A stretch of DNA of 64,000 nt from a virus. Under the pieces are notes generated by a model. That model made no database searches. It worked only from the letters and a program-made list of their open reading frames with translations, and was not told where the DNA came from. The DNA is taken from the IMG/VR virus record IMGVR_UViG_3300035670_013228, positions 1 through 64,000 of that record; one strand, 5' to 3'. Positions 48,422-58,678 of this stretch are shown one piece after another (position 1 is the stretch's first letter; each line of letters opens with the position of its first letter). The position numbers and the translations under genes were made by a program.

Positions 48422-49576
48422 CTACATATAGCTAGGAACTATAACACCCGTAGATTGTGGACCTTCTCCGCAATCATTGACCGCATTTATGGTCATTGTG
48501 CCACCATCTATGGACAAATCACCAAAAGACCAATAGAATGCATTACTATCATATGTAATATAGCCATTAGTAAAATCTCCAAGATTTTGATTAAATGGAG
48601 TATTATTTATCTTTATTCCTGTTATATATATATTGTAGCCCGTTGCTGTTGGACCCTGATCTGTCCAGCTAAGAGTATAGTAACCGCCTCCGTTATAAAT
48701 ATTAATATTTGTTGGAGCATCTGGAGTTCCAAAATTACCGGTAATGCTGCTACTATAAGATCCAACTGTTCCGCTAATATTCAGGCCAGCGACACCGAAT
48801 TCGTAAGAGTAACAATTTGTGCCCGTTAGAGAGCCTATAGTGCCAGAATTACTATTGAACAATGTTGATGTTGTCCAGTTTTCTTCTGATGTATTTTTAT
48901 ATCTAACATAATATCCTGATAGCGGAATTTTATTTGTCATATCTAAACTATTCCATGTTATGTTACCCGTTGTGGAGTTAACGGATAAGCTTAAGCCCGT
49001 TGGGGCTTCTAATACCTCAACATATTGAACAGATAGTCCTTGTGGGGCATTTGGTGCTTCTGGAGAGGTTGTGCTGATAATATATCCAGTAGAGTATGGC
49101 CCAATACCCACAGCATTGATGCCGGCGATTCTTATTGTATATTCGGTATCTTCTACTAATCCGGATAATAAGTATTGAGAATTACCGCTAGTTGACAAGC
49201 CAGTTGCTAATGATGAATTTCCAGAATATTCAATATAATTACCAGTAATAGAACATCCACCATTATTAGGCATAATCCAAGAAAGATTAATAGTAGTATC
49301 TGATGGAACACCAGAGATATTTGTTGGAGCATAAGGCAATAGTCCCATTATACCGCTAGCAGAACTACTAAATGGTCCTGTACCAACCAGATTGCTTCCT
49401 GCTACTCTAAAGTAGTAATTTTCACATGTGTCAAGACCGGTTACAAAGCCTGATGAGGCTATAAATTTTTCTATATATTCTGTCCAAGTAGCATTATCTT
49501 GACTATATTCTATTATATATCCGGTGGGTACAGCATTAGTTGGAGCATTCCATGTTAGTAAAAATTTTTTAATCAT
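48422..49576 (-). CDS. Four-FN3-repeat protein, antisense to the surrounding operon
   Basis: Repeats of APT.I......LSW..P.....TGY.IEY...YFRVAG.N.VG.GP.S; own ATG with an in-frame stop 4 codons upstream. Confidence 0.8.
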   Translation of the reverse strand: MIKKFLLTWNAPTNAVPTGYIIEYSQDNATWTEYIEKFIASSGFVTGLDTCENYYFRVAGSNLVGTGPFSSSASGIMGLLPYAPTNISGVPSDTTINLSWIMPNNGGCSITGNYIEYSGNSSLATGLSTSGNSQYLLSGLVEDTEYTIRIAGINAVGIGPYSTGYIISTTSPEAPNAPQGLSVQYVEVLEAPTGLSLSVNSTTGNITWNSLDMTNKIPLSGYYVRYKNTSEENWTTSTLFNSNSGTIGSLTGTNCYSYEFGVAGLNISGTVGSYSSSITGNFGTPDAPTNINIYNGGGYYTLSWTDQGPTATGYNIYITGIKINNTPFNQNLGDFTNGYITYDSNAFYWSFGDLSIDGGTMTINAVNDCGEGPQSTGVIVPSYM

Positions 49577-49625
49577 ATATAAATGCTACTATTAAAAAAG
49601 AGTATAAATAGATTTAAACATTAAA

Positions 49626-49631
49626 TACACC
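49626..49631 (-). promoter_or_regulatory. Candidate late-promoter box GGTGTA (minus strand)
   Basis: About 50 nt upstream of the antisense FN3 gene. A GGGGTA variant at 49664-49669 points toward 49706. Confidence 0.4.
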
Positions 49632-49705
49632 TATTTACGTTATTGGAGCATATTTTTGATTTAGGGGTATTATTAAGATAAGTATGGATTCATAAGGGAG
49701 ATATA

Positions 49706-52078
49706 ATGGCTATTTTATTTTTTGATGGATTCGACAGATATACTATTCTTAAAGATTTTGATCGTAATTATTGGTCATACGAACCATTAGATATTGTAGA
49801 TTATGAAAAATATGCTTTTGGAGGATATTCGTATAATCATAGCGAAGATTCTTATAGTGCTGGATCTTCCGAGTTTATGGAATATATGACCGGATACTAT
49901 TCTTTTTATTCTCCAAACGGAGCCAGATTACCATCTGGTATATTTAGGGATAATATCGAAAATAGTTTTAATGGTATTTATATTAGTGGAAATAGTTATC
50001 CGGGGTTCGGATCACCACCAGGATTTTTATCCTTACACAATCTTAATATAGCAGATCCTAATCTTTTAGCCCCTATAACTTATGTTCAACTTAGTGGTTT
50101 CTCATTACCGTCTAGTGGTCAAAGTTTTTTATCCACTAGAATTCTTGGCATAGAAACTAAGGATAGTTCCTATCATAATTCTGATAAAAATGGAAGATTT
50201 GAATATAAACATCCTTTGGTTGCTTTTTGTAGTGGCAATACAACAGGACTATTATTAAGTATTATTAAAACAACCGGAAATCATTTGTCTCTGATAGAAA
50301 ATAAAAAAATGACTATCGGGTTAGAAGTATTTCAAAATAATGGCATTAGCGGTATTTTTGATTTGAATATAACCAATGACCTAAATAAATATAGAATTAG
50401 ATCGTTATATTCTACCGTTAATGGCTATACATCTGGCATTTTAAATGATAGAATTTTGCTGATAGATAAAAATTTATCAGAAGGATTTGATTACGAATAT
50501 GGATCGGAAAGTGTTCCTATAACGCCCATATCTAGATGGTGTCATTTTCAATTTGGAATTATACAAAGCGGTTCGGATCCATATATCCAAGTAAAATTAG
50601 ACGACATAGATTTATTATCTATTCCTGTCGATACCAACTTATCTGATAAAGATTTATGGGACGATAAAATTTATATAAGTGGATTTGATTTTAACAATAT
50701 TAGATTTTTTAATAGAACATATAATGGATCTATACAGTATGCTACAACTAATACAGAAAATATTGGAATTAGTAGATACTATCTTTATGGAGCTGTAACG
50801 TTATTGGATGATATTGTACTTTCAGACGGTTCTGGTGTTCCTAATACTTTTTTGGGTTCTAATACTAAAGTAATACCATTTACACCCGGCGTAAGTGCTA
50901 ATACTTCTACTAATGGAGTTTATAGTGACGGCTTAACAGAATGGAGTGGCAATACTTCTTCTACTAGATTAGCTTTAAAAAATTTAGATGGAGATAATGG
51001 CAAAATATTTTCTTCTGTTTCTGGTGCCATAGCTGCTGTTAGATATACTAATTCTAATATGATGATACCAGACTCTAATTCGCTCTTTAGAATGCAAACA
51101 GAAGATGCTATAGGTGGAATAAAAGTATATGCACAAGCAAAAAAAGAATTTTTAGATAGTAGATATTCCGTAGTTTTAAGAACAGGCATATCAGATCCAT
51201 ACTCTATTGATAATAAAGTATTTTTAGACTTTGAAACATCATCTAATAATACTATTATAGATTTGTCAAGAAATAGATATGTTTTTACAAAATCTGTACC
51301 AGAAATAGAATTATCTAATATAAATAAATTTGGAGATAAAAGTTTAAGACTACTAAGCGGACAATATCTCTCAACACCTTCTGTGGAATTACAGAATAGT
51401 TTAACTTTAGAATGTTGGATTAAACTTTCTGGATTAAATAATAGCCTAACTCTATTTCACAGATTTGCACCAATAGGTCTAACAACAATTTCACCTAATT
51501 TAGTTGTTAGTACTGGTAGTATAAGTTATAACGCTTTCTATTCCCAGTTCGGCACTGGACAATTAGTATTGCGCTTTCCAAATAGCGGAATACAAGATAC
51601 CGACTGGCATCATGTTGCTTTGGTATCCGATACTTCTAAGGTTGTTGTATTTCTTGACGGAATATCAGGAACTTCATATAGCGTATTTTCTAATGCGGAT
51701 CTATTTGGAAGTAATACATCATTAACTAATTCTTTATATTATTGGTCGTCCACTTCACCATATAATAATTCTATTAAAAACTTTACTAGTAGTGCTAGTT
51801 TAGCATCTTTATTCACATATATTTCTGGTAACGGATATATAGACGAATATAGAATTACAAATACACAAAGATATAATACTAATTTTATTCCTCCAAGTGC
51901 TATTCTTACAGAAAGAGATGATTATATAACAATTGGTGATCCTCAAAATATAACACGTACAAGATATGGTAAAGTATATCAATTTTATGAATATGTGAAT
52001 CCTTCAACAGATAGTCCCTGGACAACCGGTTTAATAGCTAATCCCAGCGGATTTATACTAGGTGTTAAAAAATTATGA
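49706..52078 (+). CDS. Virion protein with C-terminal LamG domain
   Basis: MAILFFDGFD N-terminus; LTLECWIK...DWHHVALV...VFLDG...GYIDEYRITN..RY..NF.PP; NPST.SPWT C-terminus. Confidence 0.75.
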   Translation: MAILFFDGFDRYTILKDFDRNYWSYEPLDIVDYEKYAFGGYSYNHSEDSYSAGSSEFMEYMTGYYSFYSPNGARLPSGIFRDNIENSFNGIYISGNSYPGFGSPPGFLSLHNLNIADPNLLAPITYVQLSGFSLPSSGQSFLSTRILGIETKDSSYHNSDKNGRFEYKHPLVAFCSGNTTGLLLSIIKTTGNHLSLIENKKMTIGLEVFQNNGISGIFDLNITNDLNKYRIRSLYSTVNGYTSGILNDRILLIDKNLSEGFDYEYGSESVPITPISRWCHFQFGIIQSGSDPYIQVKLDDIDLLSIPVDTNLSDKDLWDDKIYISGFDFNNIRFFNRTYNGSIQYATTNTENIGISRYYLYGAVTLLDDIVLSDGSGVPNTFLGSNTKVIPFTPGVSANTSTNGVYSDGLTEWSGNTSSTRLALKNLDGDNGKIFSSVSGAIAAVRYTNSNMMIPDSNSLFRMQTEDAIGGIKVYAQAKKEFLDSRYSVVLRTGISDPYSIDNKVFLDFETSSNNTIIDLSRNRYVFTKSVPEIELSNINKFGDKSLRLLSGQYLSTPSVELQNSLTLECWIKLSGLNNSLTLFHRFAPIGLTTISPNLVVSTGSISYNAFYSQFGTGQLVLRFPNSGIQDTDWHHVALVSDTSKVVVFLDGISGTSYSVFSNADLFGSNTSLTNSLYYWSSTSPYNNSIKNFTSSASLASLFTYISGNGYIDEYRITNTQRYNTNFIPPSAILTERDDYITIGDPQNITRTRYGKVYQFYEYVNPSTDSPWTTGLIANPSGFILGVKKL

Positions 52079-54435
52079 CAGTACTTAGCAAAAGACTACA
52101 ATATTCTAATAATGACTTTTTAATATATCAACACTTTGTAAATACTGAAACAGAAACTTTTTTCTTAGCCAATGAATCACCAAACGAACCGGAATATCCA
52201 CATGTTTATGTTGGTTATTACAGTGGCATACCTCTATCACCATCTTTAGATGAAGATAATAGTATAGCTTCTCTACAATCTGGATACTATTCTGTTGTTT
52301 TATTAAGTAGATTCGGTATACCTAGAAATACTTTGATTGCTTGTAATATAAAAGCTAGTTACGAAAATGATATACTTAATAGAATAAGCTCCAGCAATGT
52401 TATATTAAATATAAAACCATTTGCTCAAAATAATAATAATTATGATATTAATGACTATAGAAGCGCTGATAAAATATCGAATACTATAAATGATAATGTT
52501 TCTAATAAACTTTTTGAAATTTATACTTTAAATTCTTTTACAGGATTGAATTTTAGTTCAGCATGGTCAAAAAATACATACGGGGTTATTCATTTTAATG
52601 CTTCTGGATCGTCATCTGGTATAAAAAATATCATCATTGATTATGTAGATTTAGTTTATAAAGCTAGTTTACCATCAGCACCTATAAATCCAGCAGCATC
52701 CGGATCCGATTCTTCCGCATATCTTAGTTGGTTTGAGCCGCTGGATAATGGTGGAGATAATGTTATATATTATGCAATAAAATATACTGATACTACAACA
52801 AATATTTCTAATACCATTACGACTCCATCTAGTGGAACCAATTTTTTTCTATCGAATTTAACTAATGATAATGCGTATGTTTATAGGGTTGCTGCGGTTA
52901 ATAATGTTGGTACGGGTACTTATTCAACAGAATCCAATATTTTTATTCCAGAAAAAATTCCACTGCTATCCGCATTAAATTATAATAGTGCTAATTATAC
53001 AAGAATCAGACTTCGTAGAGATACATCTGCCAATTGGTCCGATATTGATCCTATATTAGCCTTAGGAGAAGCTGGTTTCGAAACAGATACTAGATATTTA
53101 AAAGTAGGTAATAATGTATCTCCATGGAATAATTTAGATTATATTAGAGTACCAAATAGTTCAATATCTTTTCCGTCTCCTCCACAAATTATTTTACCGA
53201 TAGGTGATTCATTAACAGTTTCTAATCCAAGAATTAATTGTAATTTATCTAATAGTGAACTTTTAAATATTATCGGTATAGATGGTATAAATATAGAGTA
53301 TTTCACAAGTAGCAACTCTATTAGAATTAGTTTAGATAAGTCATTTTCTCCCTTCAACTCCGGTACATTAGCTAGTCCTAATAGCGTTGGAAGACCCGGA
53401 GAAGTATATTATGATGAACAATTTATGTATGTTTGTGTTGGAATAAATTTATGGAAAAGAATTTTATTGGATACTAATTATTGGTTTAATCCAAATAATA
53501 TGGCCATATCTAACAATTCCGGGTTTTATCCCAGCATAACAAATATTACGACTTCTGGTACTAATATACAGTATACTAGCGACGGCGATCCATATCCTGC
53601 TAAATCATCGAACAATATGACTAATGACGGCATATCTCCAAGATCTGCATTCTTTAATAACTATACTATTAGTGATCAGAGCTACACACTATCTTTTAAA
53701 TACAGGGCCGGATATAACTTCTCAGACCCTGAGATAGCCACTTCGGGGTATAATGGAATATTAAATAATGGAGTTCTTGTATCAGCACCTTCGGCTAAAA
53801 ATGAAACTATTGGCCCATTTGTTGCCCCATCCGGATTCAATTTTAATCGAAGTTTTTTTAGTAACTTTTTTGTAATAGATAATTGTGGAGGATATGTTAA
53901 TTCTAGTGGATTATATGCTTATTATGATGGAAGATTTTTAAAGAACTGCTGGAATGATAGTAAAGTATATAATAGTAACACATATTATGCATTATCTTCA
54001 TATAGCGGCGATAACTTTAGACATTCAGACGGTCATTCAAAAATTTTAGGATTTTGTTTTGATGGATATCCAATATATGGTCCATTTGGATACGAAGATC
54101 CAACTGATGATAATAGTTCTATATTATTATTAACCAGTTCATATTTAGTGTACGATAATGATAATCATAGACCAAATAATTGGAAATATAGTAATAGTAT
54201 TACTGTTAATAACTTTAACTATGTATTAGTTGGAGGAGCTTTTATTCAAGATTTTTACTATGCTCAAAATTCTGGTATATTAGATCAATATAATGGTAGA
54301 TATACTATTACTCCAGACTTTCCTCAAGGTACTTATGCATACTTTTTAACATTTACTAACAGCGGTTTGCTAATACCACAATATCCGTATATAGTCGGAA
54401 ACTATAGTCGTAATCAAAAATTAAAGGTATTATAA
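52075..54435 (+). CDS. FN3 + internal Mtd-N-like + degenerate YHYH-domain protein
   Basis: FN3 at about 52670-52940; IRLRRDTSANW..IDPILALGEAGFETDT..LKVG; DGHSKILGFCFDGYPIYGP...LDQYNGR....PDFPQGTYAYF...YPYIVG. Confidence 0.75.
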   Translation: MTVLSKRLQYSNNDFLIYQHFVNTETETFFLANESPNEPEYPHVYVGYYSGIPLSPSLDEDNSIASLQSGYYSVVLLSRFGIPRNTLIACNIKASYENDILNRISSSNVILNIKPFAQNNNNYDINDYRSADKISNTINDNVSNKLFEIYTLNSFTGLNFSSAWSKNTYGVIHFNASGSSSGIKNIIIDYVDLVYKASLPSAPINPAASGSDSSAYLSWFEPLDNGGDNVIYYAIKYTDTTTNISNTITTPSSGTNFFLSNLTNDNAYVYRVAAVNNVGTGTYSTESNIFIPEKIPLLSALNYNSANYTRIRLRRDTSANWSDIDPILALGEAGFETDTRYLKVGNNVSPWNNLDYIRVPNSSISFPSPPQIILPIGDSLTVSNPRINCNLSNSELLNIIGIDGINIEYFTSSNSIRISLDKSFSPFNSGTLASPNSVGRPGEVYYDEQFMYVCVGINLWKRILLDTNYWFNPNNMAISNNSGFYPSITNITTSGTNIQYTSDGDPYPAKSSNNMTNDGISPRSAFFNNYTISDQSYTLSFKYRAGYNFSDPEIATSGYNGILNNGVLVSAPSAKNETIGPFVAPSGFNFNRSFFSNFFVIDNCGGYVNSSGLYAYYDGRFLKNCWNDSKVYNSNTYYALSSYSGDNFRHSDGHSKILGFCFDGYPIYGPFGYEDPTDDNSSILLLTSSYLVYDNDNHRPNNWKYSNSITVNNFNYVLVGGAFIQDFYYAQNSGILDQYNGRYTITPDFPQGTYAYFLTFTNSGLLIPQYPYIVGNYSRNQKLKVL

Positions 54436-54437
54436 AT

Positions 54438-54959
54438 ATGTTTAACAATATTTTAAGCCAACAATTTAAATCTTTGTTTAATGAAGCAATAGATGAGCTT
54501 ATTAGTCAAAATGGATTGTCCGTACCATGCACACTAGTATATGATTCTTTAAAGAAAAGCTTGTGTCCAAATTGTATTTTTGATCCTATTCAAAATAGAT
54601 CCAACAACGAGTATAATAATACCGGACCGGTACCATTTCCTACTCTTGGTATATGTCCGATATGCAATGGTTACGGTATTATTGATATGTCTTCACAGGA
54701 TACAGTATATTTAGCGGTTATTTTTGATAGTAAATATTGGTTCAATTGGGATTATAAGTCTGTTAATATTGGTAATAATATGGCTCAGTCTATAGGTAAA
54801 ATAGAATTACTGCCTAAAATTCAGAATACTAAAGAAATTATTTTAGATACTAATGTTGCAGGATATGGATCTAGAAGATATAGCAGAAGTGGGGATTCTC
54901 AAATTTGTGGATTAGGAAGTAATAGATATATTATAACAATGTGGGAAAAAATAATATGA
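54438..54959 (+). CDS. Putative head-closure/neck protein with CxxC-CxxC
   Basis: CPNC...CPIC; first gene of the neck-tail block. Confidence 0.5.
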   Translation: MFNNILSQQFKSLFNEAIDELISQNGLSVPCTLVYDSLKKSLCPNCIFDPIQNRSNNEYNNTGPVPFPTLGICPICNGYGIIDMSSQDTVYLAVIFDSKYWFNWDYKSVNIGNNMAQSIGKIELLPKIQNTKEIILDTNVAGYGSRRYSRSGDSQICGLGSNRYIITMWEKII

Positions 54960-55603
54960 AAATTTCTTTTAATTTACTAGATAGTTCTTCTAGTATACAA
55001 CAAAAAATATTAGATAGTATTGTTGATTATTTATCTCCAATTATGCAAAAAACAAAAAATTCTTTACAAAACTCTTTACCTCAATACATAGAAGATGCTG
55101 TAACGGGTCAGCCAGAATATATTTCTTTGCTGGGTGGTCAGTTAAGATCAGAACTGGGAGTACCAGATGCTGGATCAAGACTTAATAGTATTTTTTCTGA
55201 GTGGAAAAATAATGCGGTTGTTATATATAATCCTATAGCTACTAAAGGATCATCTATTGTTGGTGGATTTAGTATAGATATGATAAAATCAGATTTTTCA
55301 GACATACTATCACTACCGTCATCAGAAGTAGTAGATAGTATTAGTGGATCCATTATACCGTGGTTAAAATGGCTACTATTAGATGGTGGAAAAATATTGA
55401 TTAGAAATTATAAAGTTCAATTAGGTAATAATCCTAGATCTCGTACCGGCGGGGCTATTATGATACAATCAGATAAAGAAAATTGGAGAGTTCCCGCACA
55501 ATTTGCAGGAACAGCCAATAATAATTGGATTACTAGAGCATTATCAACCTATGATCAGCTTATATTAGATCATATACAAAATACTCTGGAGAATAGTTTA
55601 TGA
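54956..55603 (+). CDS. Putative neck/tail-completion protein
   Basis: ATGA overlap gives a start at 54956; positional inference. Confidence 0.45.
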   Translation: MKISFNLLDSSSSIQQKILDSIVDYLSPIMQKTKNSLQNSLPQYIEDAVTGQPEYISLLGGQLRSELGVPDAGSRLNSIFSEWKNNAVVIYNPIATKGSSIVGGFSIDMIKSDFSDILSLPSSEVVDSISGSIIPWLKWLLLDGGKILIRNYKVQLGNNPRSRTGGAIMIQSDKENWRVPAQFAGTANNNWITRALSTYDQLILDHIQNTLENSL

Positions 55604-56553
55604 GCTGTAATCATACTAATGTATTCAATAACGTAACATCTGTTGGTGATAACTATCTTATTAATCAACTAGAAGATAATATAAAAACATTTTTAGATTA
55701 TGGATTTTTAAATATAGGGGGTTTTATTAATATAGACATCCCAACTTCTGGATTATATGGGGGTTCTTTACATATTTTGAAGCCAACAACTCAACCAGGA
55801 TATCAACCAGGACAAGTTTGGCAAGCATTTAAAAAAGACTGGGTTTATGAAACAGGAATATCCTATAATACTTATTCGCCCACGATAATATCCGGAGTTC
55901 ATCTCAACAACACCTTTTATCCTGCTCCAACTGGATCCGGTAATATTAGTTATACCATTAATTATCCATTAGGACACATTATATTTAATAAAGGTTTACC
56001 ATCTACTAGTAATGTTCAACTAGAGTATTCTTATAGATGGTGTCAAGTTTATAAGAGTAGTTCTACTCAATGGAAAGAATTACAAGAATTATCATATAAG
56101 CCCAATCCTCAGCTTAATTATACTCAATCTGGGGATTATAATATCTATGCGGGTAATAGGATACAAATGCCAGCGATTGTTGTGGAGCCTATAGCTAGAA
56201 GTTTCTCTAAGCCGTATCAGTTAGGTGCTAGTGATTTTGCTATAGACCAAGATATATTATTACATATTTTTACAGAAAATAAGTCCGATAATAATAGAAT
56301 AGTAGATATAGTAAGATTACAAAAAGATAAAACTATTTTACTGTATGATACTAATAAAGTGGCCAAAAGTGGAGTTTATAGTTTAAATTATAACGGATCA
56401 TTAAATTCTAATAGAATTTGCTATTCTGAATTATTAGTAAATTATTATTGGAATAAATGTTATTTTAAAGAAATTAGTGTATTAAATATGGAAAGCTCAA
56501 ATCAAAATTTATTTTGGTGTACAGTAAGAGTAACATCAGAAGTAATCATATAA
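55600..56553 (+). CDS. Putative tail terminator/completion protein
   Basis: Immediately before the tail tube; MPAIVVE...DILLHIFTE...RIVD pattern. Confidence 0.5.
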   Translation: MSCNHTNVFNNVTSVGDNYLINQLEDNIKTFLDYGFLNIGGFINIDIPTSGLYGGSLHILKPTTQPGYQPGQVWQAFKKDWVYETGISYNTYSPTIISGVHLNNTFYPAPTGSGNISYTINYPLGHIIFNKGLPSTSNVQLEYSYRWCQVYKSSSTQWKELQELSYKPNPQLNYTQSGDYNIYAGNRIQMPAIVVEPIARSFSKPYQLGASDFAIDQDILLHIFTENKSDNNRIVDIVRLQKDKTILLYDTNKVAKSGVYSLNYNGSLNSNRICYSELLVNYYWNKCYFKEISVLNMESSNQNLFWCTVRVTSEVII

Positions 56554-56575
56554 ACTATTTTCTGGAGATCAAAAC

Positions 56576-57574
56576 ATGTCAAATAGAATCTACTATGCCT
56601 GCCAAAGCGTTCAACTATATCCTCCTGTTGATATTGATACTACGCTATCATCGGCAACTAATAAGGCCACAATAGAAGGTGATCCTTCAGTTACGATTCA
56701 AGGTTTACAAAGCGTTGGCATGAATACCAACTTTAACCTTGAGCCAGTTTATCAACTAGGACAGCTTAGTTTATATGATAACTATGAAGAAATTCCTGAA
56801 GTAGAAATTTCATTAAATAAAGTTTTGGATGGTAGAGCAACATTATTTCAAAGTGCTATGGGCGAAGGTAGCTTAACAGAACTACAGAATCGTGCTTGTG
56901 GAGTTGTTCTTACCCTATATCCTGATACTGTACAAAAAGCTAGTGGCGTACCAACTGCTAAGGTAAAGTGTACTCCTGCTTATCTAAGTAGTGTAACATA
57001 TACTTTTCCAAGCGAAGGAAACTTTACAGAAGAAGTTCAGTTAGTTAGTAATAATAAAGAATGGGAGGCTAGTCCAGCTAGTGCCGATACTAGTCCAACC
57101 GATGAAGACGCTGGTAATGATCCTGGTATTATGCGTCGTCAACAAATAGATTTGACTTTGAGCACATTACCAACAGGAGCAAGTGGTGGTATTCCAGTTG
57201 GTTATAAAATTCAAAGTATCAATGTTACTGTGAATCTTGGAAGAGAAAGCATATTTAATCTTGGTGAAAGAACTCCAAGTTTCAGATATATCAATTTCCC
57301 CGTAGAAGTTACTTCCGAATTTGAAGTTATTGCTAAGGGCGGAGATCTGGTTGGTGTTGAAGAAGGCGACGGTAGTGCTTGCACAAATCCCAAAGCTTTG
57401 ATGAATAAACCTATTGTGATAGCACTATGCGATGGTACAGTAATCGATCTTGGGGGCAAAAATAAACTTACTAGTGTTAACTATACTGGCGGAGATACTG
57501 GTGGCGGCAATGCTACAATCACATATAGTTATCAAACGTTTAATGATTTTGATTTTACAGGCCCAACCGCCTGA
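56576..57574 (+). CDS. Major tail tube protein
   Basis: IQGLQSVGMNTNFNLEPVYQLGQL..Y...EEIPEVEISLNK; SD GGAG; position before chaperones and TMP. Confidence 0.7.
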   Translation: MSNRIYYACQSVQLYPPVDIDTTLSSATNKATIEGDPSVTIQGLQSVGMNTNFNLEPVYQLGQLSLYDNYEEIPEVEISLNKVLDGRATLFQSAMGEGSLTELQNRACGVVLTLYPDTVQKASGVPTAKVKCTPAYLSSVTYTFPSEGNFTEEVQLVSNNKEWEASPASADTSPTDEDAGNDPGIMRRQQIDLTLSTLPTGASGGIPVGYKIQSINVTVNLGRESIFNLGERTPSFRYINFPVEVTSEFEVIAKGGDLVGVEEGDGSACTNPKALMNKPIVIALCDGTVIDLGGKNKLTSVNYTGGDTGGGNATITYSYQTFNDFDFTGPTA

Positions 57575-57628
57575 TCATAGTAGTTAATCGGCTAAAGACA
57601 CACAGGAAGGAAACTATTATTATTAATA

Positions 57629-58678
57629 GTGGAAATATACAAAATAGAACAGATAACAAACAGAATACTATCTGGTAAACAGATAATAGTATCAGAAAAT
57701 GATATTTATGAATTAAGATCTGCTAGTATAGATCTTAAAATACAAAGTGATATATTATATAATAAAGAATATGAAAATTTATTATTTTCAGAAGATTTTA
57801 TTCATCAAGACGATATAGATTCTTTACTAATAGATCTAGGACTAATATATCCAGAATATAAAATGGACTTAGAATCTATAGAAAAAAAAATAGAGAATTC
57901 AAAAATAGATCTATATTTAAATTTTTTCGATAGAACCAAAAAACAAAAATATAAAAAAGATATAGAATCTCATAGAAAAAGATACAATCAAATTTATCAA
58001 TGGGCTCATTGTTTAGATTCTTTAACGCTAGAGCATTTTCTGTTAGGTATAAAACACGAATTTATTATTAAAAATACTTTATATATTTATCCAACAAATA
58101 ATTTAGTATTTCAAAACATAGAAAATATTAATTATATCTTATTTAATAAAATTACTCAAAATATTACAGATAATATCTTGGATCTTTCTACGCTCAAAAA
58201 GGTTGCTAGAAGTGACTATTGGCGTAACTATTATAGTATTAATAAAAATCATTTATTTTCTTATAGTACTATAGATTTTTCTGATGAGCAAAAGGCTTTA
58301 CTTAGTTTATCACATATGTATGATAAGATATATGAACATCCTGATTGTCCGGATAATGATATTTTAGAAGATGACGATGCTTTGGACGGATGGATGCTTC
58401 ATCAACAAAAAGAAAATAAGAGACTAAAAAAGGAAAAAGGTGTAAATAGTTTATTAGGAAGTAAAAATAGTAAAGCTGACGAAATTTTTCTTATGGCCAA
58501 GAATCAGGATCAAAAGGACGATATTGTGGGACTTAATACTAAAAATAGTGATATGAGAAGACAAAGTAAAATTCAAGAAGTATTATCTGCTAATGATAAA
58601 ATATTAGATTCTAATTTGTCTGATGTGAGAACGGCCATCAGAAATAAAATACAAGAACTTAATACCAGGAAAGGATAG
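57629..58678 (+). CDS. Tail assembly chaperone-like protein (extended paralog of 59007-59876)
   Basis: GTG start; N-terminal half aligns by eye with the 289-aa protein. Confidence 0.5.
   Translation: MEIYKIEQITNRILSGKQIIVSENDIYELRSASIDLKIQSDILYNKEYENLLFSEDFIHQDDIDSLLIDLGLIYPEYKMDLESIEKKIENSKIDLYLNFFDRTKKQKYKKDIESHRKRYNQIYQWAHCLDSLTLEHFLLGIKHEFIIKNTLYIYPTNNLVFQNIENINYILFNKITQNITDNILDLSTLKKVARSDYWRNYYSINKNHLFSYSTIDFSDEQKALLSLSHMYDKIYEHPDCPDNDILEDDDALDGWMLHQQKENKRLKKEKGVNSLLGSKNSKADEIFLMAKNQDQKDDIVGLNTKNSDMRRQSKIQEVLSANDKILDSNLSDVRTAIRNKIQELNTRKG

Noticed and set aside
48400-49700. Active Gin/Cin-like invertible segment for the antisense FN3 gene
   Set aside because: No convincing inverted repeats at the two ends, the best micro-homology gives an out-of-frame fusion, and no invertase is present.
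57881-57890. G-A9 run as a -1 frameshift site for tail chaperones
   Set aside because: The -1 frame reaches a stop within about 15 codons, and the run is mid-gene rather than near the 3' end.
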